From Candidatus Levybacteria bacterium RIFCSPHIGHO2_02_FULL_40_18 (GTDB taxonomy: Bacteria; Patescibacteriota; Microgenomatia; Levybacterales; GWA1-39-11): a stretch of DNA of 64,000 nucleotides. Positions 29,091-38,689 of this stretch are shown here, in pieces. Both the position numbers and the translations under genes were made by a program. The notes beneath the pieces were generated by a model. That model was given only the letters and a program-made list of their open reading frames with translations. It was not told where the DNA came from and did no database searches. The DNA lies in the NCBI GenBank assembly GCA_001782235.1, contig MFOC01000004.1:32945-96944 (forward strand), given 5' to 3'. The stretch's first letter is position 1; each line of letters begins with the position of its first letter.

Positions 29091-30206
29091 ATGATACTTA
29101 CTGTTGTTGCCTTTGTTGTAATACTCTCAATCCTTGTTCTTATCCACGAGCTTGGACATTTTCTATTCGCAAAGAGATTTGGAATTAGGGTTGAGGAGTT
29201 TGGTTTTGGATTTCCTCCTCGAGTTTTTGGCAAAAAGATCGGCGAAACGTTATATTCAATAAACCTTCTTCCGGTAGGTGGTTTCGTAAAGCTCTATGGC
29301 GAAGACCCAGCCGGCGGCGGCAATATCAGACAAACAGGCCACGAGCCACCTGCCACGAGCCAACAGCTAAAACGCGCCTTCTACGCACGTCCCGCTTGGC
29401 AGCGAGCAACAATAGTTTTGGCGGGCGTAATTATGAACTTTATCCTTGCTGTTGTCCTTATCTCTTATCTTTTCTCGGCTCACGGCGTTGCTGTCCCAAC
29501 AGAGAATATCAAGATAGTAGAAATCGTTAAGAACTCGCCGGCTGCGGCCGCCGATATTCAGAAAGGAGACGAGGTAATAACGATTGATGGAGAAAGGATT
29601 AATGAGACAGAGGATTTTGCAAAAATTGCGAAAGATGCAGCAGGGCAACCGATCTGGCTCGTACTTGAGAGGGATGGAAAAGAATTTAAAGTTACAGTTA
29701 CTCCTCGAACAAAAGTTCCCCAGGGCCAAGGTCCGATTGGTGTTGCCATTTCAAATATTGAAGTGAAGAAATATCCGTGGTATTCAGCGCCTTTTTTTGG
29801 AACGATCGAGGCATTTAAGTTTTCATTTATGATTTTGCAAGGGCTTTCCGAGATGGTTATTAATCTTGTAATTTATGGAAAGACTCCCGTTGGCGTTGCA
29901 GGACCTGTTGGCGTTGCGCAGTTGACAGGTCAAGCAGTATCATATGGTTTGGTTGCGACATTATGGTTTGTCTCGCTTCTTTCTTTAAACCTTGCCGTAG
30001 TTAATGTTTTGCCTATTCCGGCGCTTGATGGTGGCCGTCTGTTTTTCATTATGATAGAGCTTACAACCGGCAAAAAAATATCTGCCCGCTATGAGGCAAT
30101 GGCCCATGCAATCGGTCTTGCAATGTTGCTCGCACTGATATTATTTATCACGTTTTTCGACATTGTGCGCGTTCTGTCAGGACAATCCATTATTCCCCGT
30201 ATGTAG
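29091..30206 (+). CDS. rseP: Site-2 protease RseP (M50 zinc metalloprotease with PDZ domain)
   Basis: HELGHF zinc motif in TM1, a central PDZ segment (IVEIVKNSPAAAADIQKGDEVITIDGERI) and the C-terminal LNLAVVNVLPIPALDGG motif. Confidence 0.85.
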   Translation: MILTVVAFVVILSILVLIHELGHFLFAKRFGIRVEEFGFGFPPRVFGKKIGETLYSINLLPVGGFVKLYGEDPAGGGNIRQTGHEPPATSQQLKRAFYARPAWQRATIVLAGVIMNFILAVVLISYLFSAHGVAVPTENIKIVEIVKNSPAAAADIQKGDEVITIDGERINETEDFAKIAKDAAGQPIWLVLERDGKEFKVTVTPRTKVPQGQGPIGVAISNIEVKKYPWYSAPFFGTIEAFKFSFMILQGLSEMVINLVIYGKTPVGVAGPVGVAQLTGQAVSYGLVATLWFVSLLSLNLAVVNVLPIPALDGGRLFFIMIELTTGKKISARYEAMAHAIGLAMLLALILFITFFDIVRVLSGQSIIPRM

Positions 30207-30219
30207 TATAATTTACTTT

Positions 30220-30780
30220 ATGGACAATATAGTTTCGGCCGTTCGGCAGAATATGCAGAAGGCTTTTTCGGTTTTGAGGGAGGATTTTGCGACGGTTAGA
30301 ACAGGAAAAGCCTCGCCTTCGCTCGTCGAAAATATTATTATAAATGCCTATGGCGGGACTCAGCCCCTCAGGGTTTTGGAACTTGCAACTATTCATATCG
30401 AAAGCAATACTACAATAGTAATTAACCCCTTTGACAAATCTATTATTTCGGAAATTGAGAGGGGTATCGCGAACTCAAACGTTGGTCTTAATCCAATCCT
30501 AGACCGCGAGGTTTTGAGAATTAATATCCCTCCGTTAACTGAAGAGCGTAGGGAAGAGTTAGTAAAATTAATTAAGCAAAAAGCAGAGCAGGGGAAAGTA
30601 ATGCTCCGTCAGGCAAGACATGAGGGAATGGAAGATGTTAAAAAGCAAGCTGAAGGGCAAGGCCATTCGGAAGATGAAGTTATACGAATAGAGAAAGAAA
30701 TTCAAAAACTAACAGATGAATTTTCAGAAAAAGTAGATTTATTGGCAAGCGAAAAAGAAAAAGAACTAATGACGCTGTAG
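30220..30780 (+). CDS. frr: Ribosome recycling factor
   Basis: The ORF track gives 30163. The start is probably MDNIVSAVRQNMQKAF. Conserved TVRTGKASPSLVENI ... LNPILDREVLRINIPPLTEERR. Confidence 0.88.
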   Translation: MDNIVSAVRQNMQKAFSVLREDFATVRTGKASPSLVENIIINAYGGTQPLRVLELATIHIESNTTIVINPFDKSIISEIERGIANSNVGLNPILDREVLRINIPPLTEERREELVKLIKQKAEQGKVMLRQARHEGMEDVKKQAEGQGHSEDEVIRIEKEIQKLTDEFSEKVDLLASEKEKELMTL

Positions 30781-30971
30781 TATAAAAAATCAAATATTAA
30801 AAATAAAAAATACATATTAAAAATATAATATAGTTATGGTTAAAGGGTTGGGGTTTAGGTATTTAACCAAAGACCACAACTATACCCATACTGGCAGCCC
30901 TAACTCAAACCAAACCTAAACCTATTTGATATTTTATATGTATATTTGCTATTTACTATTTAATATTTAAT

Positions 30972-31646
30972 ATGAGGCTTCCTAAGGCATTACAGCGGGT
31001 GATTGAGAATTTTGAGAAATTGCCGGGTATTGGTCCCAAGACCGCCCAGCGTCTTGCATTTTATTTACTTCATGTTCCGCAATCTGATCTTGATGAATTC
31101 TCAGAGAGCCTATCGAACCTAAAGAATCAAACGGTTCTCTGTTCAACTTGTTTTAACATTGGCGAATCCGACCCTTGTTTTATTTGTTCGGATCCGGCGC
31201 GGGATAATTCGATGATTTGCATTGTCGAGGACGCACTTGATTTATTAGCAATTGAGAAAAGCGGGAAATATAAAGGTGTTTATCATGTCCTGCATGGGGT
31301 AATCGATCCTCTCAACAGTATCGGTCCCGACGACATATATCTACCCCAACTGATGAATAGAATCAAGAAGTCCTTCGATTCCGCTCAGGACAAGCATGAA
31401 TCCCCTCGACAAGGCTCGGGGCAAGCGAGAATCAAGGAGATAATATTGGCGACGAATCCAACTATGGAAGGGGAAGCAACATCGCTATATATAGTTCGCG
31501 AAATCAAAAATAGCTTAAATGGTCAGAATGGTTTAAATAGTTTAAAGATCACGAGAATTGGTCGAGGCCTACCAATTGGTTCGGATATTGAATATGCTGA
31601 TGAAGTAACCATCGAACGCGCTCTCGAAGGCCGCCGCGAATACTAA
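30972..31646 (+). CDS. recR: Recombination protein RecR (with ~25-aa insertion)
   Basis: HhH (LPGIGPKTAQRLAFYLL), the C4 zinc finger (CSTCFNIGESDPCFIC) and Toprim (ICIVEDALD) are all present. Confidence 0.88.
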   Translation: MRLPKALQRVIENFEKLPGIGPKTAQRLAFYLLHVPQSDLDEFSESLSNLKNQTVLCSTCFNIGESDPCFICSDPARDNSMICIVEDALDLLAIEKSGKYKGVYHVLHGVIDPLNSIGPDDIYLPQLMNRIKKSFDSAQDKHESPRQGSGQARIKEIILATNPTMEGEATSLYIVREIKNSLNGQNGLNSLKITRIGRGLPIGSDIEYADEVTIERALEGRREY

Positions 31647-31688
31647 GTTGACTTAAAATCCTCAAATTGATATAAATACAAAATTATT

Positions 31689-32660
31689 ATGACGACATCA
31701 AGAGAAGCGGGTGGAGCACCTGACGGCGCCCAAAACTTTAGAGCAAGATCAATTTATCCTGTAGAATTTGCTCACGTTGGTGAATGGGGAGTTACTTATC
31801 CCCCATATGATCTTCTGGAAGACATAGGCTTTTCCCTTGAGAGAGTTGCCGAGGAGAGAGAAAACAGAGAGTTAGCAGGAGAGGTAATTGTTGTTGCAGG
31901 AGTAAGCGAAAAAGGGATTGGAGAAGCAACTGCCATAGAAATAGCAAGACAAGGCGGAATACCCGTCTGTGTTTCAAGAAAATCTGGGAATGACCCAGAA
32001 GTTTTAAGAATTCTTGACAGAATTAAAAAAGCAGGTGCGCCTTCCGTTGCTTGGATGCAAGCAGATTTAACGATTAATGAGCAGAGAAGAAGAATTATCC
32101 CAGGTACAATAAGTGCCTTTGGGAAAGTTGATGGGCTTGCTCTTGTTGCAGCAAAAATTGATGATAAAGCATTCACAGACTATACGGACGAAGAGATCGA
32201 TAATATGATTTCGTTAAACGCTTCTTCGCATACAAAACTAGCAAGAGACTTTTGCGAAGTTTTAAATACTAGCAAAAAAGGTAGAGTAGTAGAATTTTCA
32301 AGTCTTGCCGAGGCCGGTTCTGTTGGACAGGGTGTATATCCCGGAACAAAAGCGTATTTAAATAGCATGGCAAGAAGCCTTGGAGCAGAATACGCTCTAA
32401 GATTTATAAGGGATAGAGATGCAAATGTCGCATTTTCCTCAATAGTTATAGATTATGTTCCCGAGACACATATGACAGCCTATCTAAGAGACGCTAAAAA
32501 TAGAAGAAAAGAAGAAAGAATTCGTAATTTAACAAAAAGCGAAAGAGAACTTAGGCCTGGAGAGGTAGGCGCAGTAGCAGCTCATCTCTTAAATCCACGA
32601 ACTGACGCAAACAGTAAGGTTGTTTCAATTAGCGGTAGGGGCCGAATAATTGGAGAATAG
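31689..32660 (+). CDS. Short-chain dehydrogenase/reductase (SDR) family oxidoreductase
   Basis: Gly-rich NAD(P)-binding segment VVAGVSEKGIGEATA and the catalytic YPGTKAYL (YxxxK). Confidence 0.65.
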   Translation: MTTSREAGGAPDGAQNFRARSIYPVEFAHVGEWGVTYPPYDLLEDIGFSLERVAEERENRELAGEVIVVAGVSEKGIGEATAIEIARQGGIPVCVSRKSGNDPEVLRILDRIKKAGAPSVAWMQADLTINEQRRRIIPGTISAFGKVDGLALVAAKIDDKAFTDYTDEEIDNMISLNASSHTKLARDFCEVLNTSKKGRVVEFSSLAEAGSVGQGVYPGTKAYLNSMARSLGAEYALRFIRDRDANVAFSSIVIDYVPETHMTAYLRDAKNRRKEERIRNLTKSERELRPGEVGAVAAHLLNPRTDANSKVVSISGRGRIIGE

Positions 32661-33549
32661 TATTATGGGAACAGAACAAAGACCAGAACAACCAGGAGAA
32701 GAGAGGATGGCCGATCGTCCGAGAGTGATTCGGCGTCCCAATGTTCAGTTTGAGCATCATTCTTATGAGGAGTTTTCCAATAGGCCTTTCTATGTGGCAA
32801 TTGATAGATATACAGTAAGTTTTGCTCCGGTCGCTCGTAGGGTAATTGATAACGCCGCAGGAACTGGCGCTATGATTGAAAGGCTTAGCGAAGAAGAAAA
32901 GCTAGCTCCCAATTTCGAAGTCATTGCGGCAGACATTGATAGAGGAGCACTCCTTTCGATTAAAAGGAATCTTGAGCCTGTTGGGGGAAGAATTAATGTG
33001 GTGCAAGCGGATGCCTCAAGATTGCCTGTTCCCGATGGGTGGGCAGAGCTTATGATCCTTGGTAATTCAGTTCATTTATTTGAAAATCCACAAGACACGT
33101 TTGCAGAAACATATCGCACCTTGGGATCAGATGGAGTGTTGATTATAAACACAGCATACGAGAGGCTTAGAGGGTATGGAGATCAACAATCCAAAAGAAT
33201 CTTGGGCGCAATGATTTTACAGGCAAGAGGTTCTATTATTAAGAAAGGATATCCAGAAGAAATCCCTGCGCCTTTGGATTTGATGAAGCATACAGCCGGA
33301 GATTTGGTGAATATGGCAGTACAGGCAGGGTTTAGAGATGTTAGCTTTAAGACTCGACCCGTAAGAATGGACAGAGATGACATTAGAGCAATTTTTTCTT
33401 ATAGAGACTTTGCAGCTGGTGCTCTCCCTAACGTTCCATTTGAATTGGCAAAAGGCGAATTATTACCAACTGTAGATCCAAATCTTCAGAGAAGAAATAT
33501 AGATGCGCTTAATCGAAATTGGGGCATTTTAATAGCAACAAAAGTCTAG
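32650..33549 (+). CDS. Class I SAM-dependent methyltransferase
   Basis: VIDNAAGTGAMIERL (motif I) ... ADID ... VVQADASRLPVPDGWAELMI. Confidence 0.65.
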   Translation: MENSIMGTEQRPEQPGEERMADRPRVIRRPNVQFEHHSYEEFSNRPFYVAIDRYTVSFAPVARRVIDNAAGTGAMIERLSEEEKLAPNFEVIAADIDRGALLSIKRNLEPVGGRINVVQADASRLPVPDGWAELMILGNSVHLFENPQDTFAETYRTLGSDGVLIINTAYERLRGYGDQQSKRILGAMILQARGSIIKKGYPEEIPAPLDLMKHTAGDLVNMAVQAGFRDVSFKTRPVRMDRDDIRAIFSYRDFAAGALPNVPFELAKGELLPTVDPNLQRRNIDALNRNWGILIATKV

Positions 33550-33561
33550 ACTCGATGTCAT

Positions 33562-34485
33562 TTATTTGATCTCGAAATAATTGAAGACGTTGCGGGCGAG
33601 TTGGGCTATGCGTTCGGCGGCACCCTGAGGCGAATTTGATTCGGATAGAACTACAAATAGTATTGGATCTTTTCCAAAAATAATTCCCGCGTCATGTTTA
33701 AATCCGCCTATTTCTCCGGTTTTATGAGCAACTTCAACTTCAGCCGGTAAATATTTAGGAATCCTGTCATTTAACTTTTGCTGGACTAATAGATCGAGCA
33801 TTTTTTTGGAATATTCGCTGTCAATCATTATTCCCTGATATAACTTTTCAAAAAAGAGAGCAATGTCTTCCGCTGTAGTTTTTGGCGGCTGGCCAAGTCG
33901 TGAATTCCTAAATCCTTGATCGCTCATAAAACTTGAAACATTCGAATTTCTGATCTCTGAGACTAAGAGAAGAGCGGCGTAATTATGGGAGATAGTAATC
34001 ATTTGATAGATTGCATCACTAACTTTCATTGTGACCATTCCTTCTGTGAGCTCCGCCGAATCTGTCCCAATTTTAAACAGCTCATCTAATTCTTTTACAT
34101 CACGGCTTAAGGTTTTATCTTGCGGGAGTCTTCCTTCCTTAATAAATTTATAAGAAGTTCCCAAAACCCAAAGTTTATAAAGACTTGCGGGTTCATATAT
34201 CCTTTTTTCGTTTTGGGAAAAGGATTCGCCTGTCCGAAGATTTTTGATTACAATTGCATAAGCACCTCGCGTTCCCGAAAGGGAAGATGTAATCACATCC
34301 GCAAGAGACTTGCCCGCAATGCTTTCTAATAAAGTCTTTGTTTCGGAGAGACCTTGGGCCAAGGGGGAAATAATCTCTTGAAATTTTTGCTGTCGAGAAA
34401 AAGGGGATGGGAAAAAGTGAGACAGAACAAAAGAGAAAATTATTCCACCAATTATTATAAAAAGAAAATCGCGACCGCGCAGCAT
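33562..34485 (-). CDS. Serine hydrolase of the class A beta-lactamase / PBP-like family
   Basis: SLYKL (SxxK), SHN (SDN-like) and HKTGEIGG (KTG) motifs appear in the expected order. It has an N-terminal signal/TM segment. Confidence 0.6.
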   Translation of the reverse strand: MLRGRDFLFIIIGGIIFSFVLSHFFPSPFSRQQKFQEIISPLAQGLSETKTLLESIAGKSLADVITSSLSGTRGAYAIVIKNLRTGESFSQNEKRIYEPASLYKLWVLGTSYKFIKEGRLPQDKTLSRDVKELDELFKIGTDSAELTEGMVTMKVSDAIYQMITISHNYAALLLVSEIRNSNVSSFMSDQGFRNSRLGQPPKTTAEDIALFFEKLYQGIMIDSEYSKKMLDLLVQQKLNDRIPKYLPAEVEVAHKTGEIGGFKHDAGIIFGKDPILFVVLSESNSPQGAAERIAQLARNVFNYFEIK

Positions 34486-34530
34486 TACATCGAATTATAC
34501 CATCCCCTTCGGTTAAAATTCTAAGCACGA

Positions 34531-34672
34531 AATCCTAAATTCTAAACAATATTAACTAATAGACAATGGTTGTTAGAAAATAGAAAATGGTAATGGAAAA
34601 TAGAGAATGGAAAATGGAATAGTATTGTTTCCAATTACCAATTTCTATTACTGGTATTTGTTTAGGATTTCG
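34531..34672 (+). repeat. MITE-like AT-rich hairpin repeat, copy C (with terminal inverted repeats AAATCCTAAA...TTTAGGATTT)
   Basis: aatcctaaattctaaacaatattaactaatagacaatggttgttagaaaatagaaaatggtaatggaaaatagagaatggaaaatggaatagtattgtttccaattaccaatttctattactggtatttgtttaggattt. Its exact reverse complement is at 40661..40802. Confidence 0.65.
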
Positions 34673-34690
34673 ATATTCGAATTTCGGATT

Positions 34691-35809
34691 TTAGAGTCTG
34701 GCGGGGTTTATTCGTAGGATTTTGTCGTTGCCTTGGCGCACGGTTCCCCTGCCGTCGCGGTTGCTTGTTGTCACATAGAGCATACCGTCTGGTCCCAAAA
34801 CTACTTCCCGCAGCCTTCCATACTCGTTTTTAAAATGTTCGACCAATTTTTGTTCGCTTATTTTATATTCATAAAGCGCAGATCCCCTAAGCCCTGCAAA
34901 GAATATCGAGCCATTAAAATATGCCGTTCCGGCCGGTGCCCAAGTATCGCCTGATCCAGAATTAATAATTGGTGTTATTAAGCCTGATCGCGTTTCGACT
35001 CCCTGAATTTCAGGCCATCCGTAGTTTTTTCCAGCCTGGATCAGGTTAAGTTCGTCGAGTCCGCCCGGTGATCTTCCATGTTCTGTTGACCACAATTGAC
35101 CATTGTCATCCCAAGTAATTCCTTGAGGATTACGGTGTCCGTATGAGTAAATTATAGTATCAAATGGGTTACTTGGTCCTCTATTTCCATCTCTTGTAAC
35201 ACGCAGGATTTTTCCCGCAAAAGAATTCCTATCCTGCGCTAGAGATGGTTGCTGAGCATCTCCTGTAGTTATATATAGAAGCCCATCAGGGCCGAATTTT
35301 ATCCGGCCCCCATCGTGATTTGGCGCTCCCGGAATTTGGCCGACGATTATTTTTTCTTCCAAAAGTTTCTCTCCCTCAAACTTATATCGAACAACACGGT
35401 TTAGAGTGTTGCTGCCCGAGGATCGGTAGGTATAATAGAGGTAGATATTTTTATTAGTTTCAAAATTGGGATCAACGGCCACCCCGTGAAGTCCGCTTTC
35501 TGAGACTTGATGAACGGGAATTGTTGCGATTGGGTCGGATACGTTCCCGTTTGTATCAACCAGGCGAACACGTCCCGGCCGTTCGGTGACAAGCATTCGG
35601 CCATCAGGAAGAAAAGCCATTGCCCACGGCACTTCAAGATTCTCCGAAAGGATAGAAACAGTTTGGGCTTCACGCTCCGAAGGAGTGATAGTATCCGAAG
35701 GCTGCAAAATTCGGGACTCGGGGGGCCTGATTAGAACGATTGCTACCAGAAGCAAAACAAAGATACCAAGCCCGACTATTATTTTTGTCATAGTTTTGAT
35801 ATTATACAT
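34691..35809 (-). CDS. Soluble PQQ-dependent sugar (glucose/sorbosone) dehydrogenase-family beta-propeller protein
   Basis: LEVPWAMAFLPDGRMLVTERPGRVRLV ... HDGGRIKFGPDGLLYITTGD ... EHGRSPGGLDELN are typical sGDH/Ylil-family blades. It has an N-terminal TM anchor. Confidence 0.8.
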   Translation of the reverse strand: MYNIKTMTKIIVGLGIFVLLLVAIVLIRPPESRILQPSDTITPSEREAQTVSILSENLEVPWAMAFLPDGRMLVTERPGRVRLVDTNGNVSDPIATIPVHQVSESGLHGVAVDPNFETNKNIYLYYTYRSSGSNTLNRVVRYKFEGEKLLEEKIIVGQIPGAPNHDGGRIKFGPDGLLYITTGDAQQPSLAQDRNSFAGKILRVTRDGNRGPSNPFDTIIYSYGHRNPQGITWDDNGQLWSTEHGRSPGGLDELNLIQAGKNYGWPEIQGVETRSGLITPIINSGSGDTWAPAGTAYFNGSIFFAGLRGSALYEYKISEQKLVEHFKNEYGRLREVVLGPDGMLYVTTSNRDGRGTVRQGNDKILRINPARL

Positions 35810-35817
35810 TAGAAAAT

Positions 35818-35940
35818 AGTTATTGGAAAATGGAAATTAGTAATGGAATGTGGAAAATAGAAAATGGATATTAAAATACTAATTTCTAATATCTAATTTC
35901 CGAACCATTTTCTAATTTCGAATAACTAATTTCTTATTTC
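35818..35940 (+). repeat. MITE-like AT-rich hairpin repeat, copy D (immediately upstream of the cupredoxin RBS)
   Basis: ttagaaaatagttattggaaaatggaaattagtaatggaatgtggaaaatagaaaatgg ... ctaatttccgaaccattttctaatttcgaataactaatttc. Confidence 0.6.
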
Positions 35941-35956
35941 AAGGGGGTGAGAAATA

Positions 35957-36397
35957 TTGAATAGAAATTTAATAATAATTGCGGTTGTTGTGATAGCTAT
36001 AATAGCGGGTGCGGTTTTGTTTTTAGGAGGACAGAGCTTAGGTCCTTCAGTATCTCCAACACCAACTGGGACTGTTCAAGAACAGCTGTCTCCAACCGAC
36101 GCAGTGATGAAAGAAGAAGGGCAGGCTACGGATGAAGCAATGATGGAAAAGGAAGTGTCTATCGATATCGCCAATTTTGCTTTTTTACCTAAAACCATGA
36201 CACTTAAAAAAGGGGCAACTGTTACCTGGATCAATCAGGATACGGTCGCACATACTGCAACAGCTGACGATGCAAGTTTTGACACGGGACTTTTAGCAAA
36301 GGGAGAATCCGGATCAGTAACCTTTGACAAGCCCGGAACTTACTCTTATCATTGCACGCCGCATCCAAACATGAAGGCAACAATAGTAGTTGAGTAG
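35957..36397 (+). CDS. Membrane-anchored cupredoxin (plastocyanin/pseudoazurin-like blue copper protein)
   Basis: Type-1 Cu ligands in the canonical spacing: H (VAHTAT) ... C-x2-H-x4-M (YHCTPHPNMKATIVV). It has an N-terminal TM helix. Confidence 0.8.
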   Translation: MNRNLIIIAVVVIAIIAGAVLFLGGQSLGPSVSPTPTGTVQEQLSPTDAVMKEEGQATDEAMMEKEVSIDIANFAFLPKTMTLKKGATVTWINQDTVAHTATADDASFDTGLLAKGESGSVTFDKPGTYSYHCTPHPNMKATIVVE

Positions 36398-36405
36398 CTC
36401 AGCTG

Positions 36406-37758
36406 TTATTCTTCAGGAAGGTCGTATTCATAATGGTCATCTTGATCAACAAAACGGGAGGATTTCTGTTCATGAGAGAGCAGGGGATTTACATAAAATC
36501 CCTTTAAATCGCGCCTCCCTATGATTATAGGAAATTGAAGGTGGGAGCGGTCGGCAACTGATGCAATTGTTGATATTTTTTTTCCGCCAAGGTTAAACTC
36601 AAGTTTTATCGCGGGTCTTACCCCTCCGCCGGATGCTGAAGATACATGAATATTATCAGGAAGAAGGTGAAATCCAAATTCTTCAACAATCGATTTGTCG
36701 ATAGAGCTCCTGTATGCCCCGGTGTCAATTTTTGCCTTGTATTCACCGGATTTGCCGTTAAAAAAAATTGTTACAGGTTCTATTACAGATAGAATTTTTC
36801 TTTCCTCCTTAACTTTATGGGAAAATTTCTCCGCAAAAATAGACCTTGCTATTTCAACGCCTCGTTCGGCATTGGGGACATTTAATGCCTCGACCCGCTC
36901 GAGTCTTTCACGAAGAGACGCAAGATTTGCATTTTGTATCGAGAGGCCGGGCCTTGCATTAATCTCAAGAACAATCGGACCCCTTTTTTTTTCCACAACT
37001 ATATCTACGCCCGCAAATCCGAGTCCCGATACAATTTGAGCGCGCGTGGCCAATAGCATAATTTCTTCCCAATTAGGTATTTTAATTCCGGAAGTTTTAA
37101 TCTTAGTACCAGGGATAAACTTAAGATATTTGTTTCTTAGGATTGCATATTTAGTGATACCGGTTCGCAGTCCTATTCCAACACCTATTGCCCCTTGGTG
37201 TAAATTAGCCCTTCCATGAGATTCTTCAGTGGGAATTCTCAGCATAGCCATTATTGGAATTTTGTTAAAAACAATTATTCTAATATCAGGCAGTCCCATT
37301 GATCCAAACTTTTTAAAAAACCGATGAGGGACAATTCGTCCTTCAATGTACGCCTTATCTGGAATCGATTGGAGAGAGTAAATCCCATCAAAAATATCAA
37401 GGATATGAGATTTAATTTGTTTTAATGTATAAGCCCTACTGCTAATTGTTGTCCCGGAAAGCCCATCCCAATTCTTAAAGACCAATATCCCTTCCCCCCC
37501 ATAGCCTCTTGCCGGTTTTATGGCAAAACCTTCTTTTGGTAAGTCCCAGGAGTAGTTTTTAAGCCCCTTTCTTGTCGCAAAAGCCTGAATGATCGTGGCC
37601 GTGGGGATATTGTTCTTGATAAATAGCTTCTTTGTCGTGAGTTTATCATCCGCTGCAAATTTTGCCCTTCCCTTGTTGTAGCGATTCAAATAGAGAAAAT
37701 TACGGGCATTCATGCCCAATACTTGATTACTGACTGACATAGCGTCGAAGCTCGGCAA
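36406..37758 (-). CDS. RimK-like ATP-grasp ligase fused to a C-terminal retropepsin-like (DUF785-type) domain
   Basis: N-terminal ~330 aa have an ATP-grasp layout (Gly-rich loop ARGYGGEGI, the EINARPG-like VLEINARPGLS). The C-terminal ~110 aa carry a D-T/S-G aspartyl-protease motif (KIDTGAYRSSI) as in RimK-associated DUF785. Confidence 0.65.
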   Translation of the reverse strand: MPSFDAMSVSNQVLGMNARNFLYLNRYNKGRAKFAADDKLTTKKLFIKNNIPTATIIQAFATRKGLKNYSWDLPKEGFAIKPARGYGGEGILVFKNWDGLSGTTISSRAYTLKQIKSHILDIFDGIYSLQSIPDKAYIEGRIVPHRFFKKFGSMGLPDIRIIVFNKIPIMAMLRIPTEESHGRANLHQGAIGVGIGLRTGITKYAILRNKYLKFIPGTKIKTSGIKIPNWEEIMLLATRAQIVSGLGFAGVDIVVEKKRGPIVLEINARPGLSIQNANLASLRERLERVEALNVPNAERGVEIARSIFAEKFSHKVKEERKILSVIEPVTIFFNGKSGEYKAKIDTGAYRSSIDKSIVEEFGFHLLPDNIHVSSASGGGVRPAIKLEFNLGGKKISTIASVADRSHLQFPIIIGRRDLKGFYVNPLLSHEQKSSRFVDQDDHYEYDLPEE

Positions 37759-38644
37759 ATCTCTTATATTCCGTAAGTCTCAAGCCAAAGTAGCGTCCTA
37801 AAACTATATTCAGCGGCAGCAGGACAAGAATTATTTCAGGATAAAGCAATATATAGCCTCTTATAAATTCAATAGATAAAATCGCATACCCAATACTTCC
37901 CAAAAGAAGCGTAAAAAAAGTTACAACTATTGCCGGCTTTGTGCCTCTTGAGAGCTGGAGGCCCACGATTTTATCACTTAGAAGAATAAGAAGCAGCACC
38001 GGAAAGAAGGAAAGCTGGGTAATAGAGATAAGACCAAATGAAGCGCTTGTTACCAGACTGACAAACACGAAGACTGAAACTATAAGCATAGATATAGCCA
38101 TTTTTGGAAGCTGCATTATCCTGATTCGTTTAAGAATATATCTTGCAATGATCGAGGCTAAAAGTATGGTTGATAGAAGTATAGCACCGGCCTCCGGGCC
38201 TGTTGCTACCAGGGTAATTGCCAAAGCTATAGGGACGAGCATTTCAAGAGTTGGAAATCCAAGAATATTTCTCACAAATACAACCATGGTAGCAAGAAAA
38301 GGTAGAAGGAGAATTAATATAATTGTATTGGCAGGGATGCCGTTTCTCACCGCATATTGAACAAAAAAGCCCATAAAGTCGGTTAGCCCCGGGTCATTAA
38401 TTTGTCTTTTTGAGAAAAGAGCCAAGAATTCTTTCTTTGCCTTCTCCTCCTCAGGCTTTGTCAAATCTTCTTCCTTTCTTTTTTCAAGTTCCTTTTGTTG
38501 TTCTGCAGATGGGGTGGCAAGTTCTCCTGATTCGGTCGAAATTAAAGGCGTAGGCAAAACATTTATGGGTATTTGAGCAAACGACTGCCCGCTAAAGACT
38601 ACAGAGAAAGTTGCCAAGAATAATGCAAAAATCTTCCGCTTCAC
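37727..38644 (-). CDS. Polytopic membrane protein (7-8 TM) co-encoded with the ATP-grasp/protease gene
   Basis: Signal peptide, an extracytoplasmic charged segment, then ~7 hydrophobic helices. Its 3' end overlaps the ATP-grasp start. Confidence 0.5.
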   Translation of the reverse strand: MKRKIFALFLATFSVVFSGQSFAQIPINVLPTPLISTESGELATPSAEQQKELEKRKEEDLTKPEEEKAKKEFLALFSKRQINDPGLTDFMGFFVQYAVRNGIPANTIILILLLPFLATMVVFVRNILGFPTLEMLVPIALAITLVATGPEAGAILLSTILLASIIARYILKRIRIMQLPKMAISMLIVSVFVFVSLVTSASFGLISITQLSFFPVLLLILLSDKIVGLQLSRGTKPAIVVTFFTLLLGSIGYAILSIEFIRGYILLYPEIILVLLPLNIVLGRYFGLRLTEYKRFAELRRYVSQ

Positions 38645-38689
38645 GTGCTTATATTATCAAAAATCGATAAAATAAGCTATATAGTCCGC

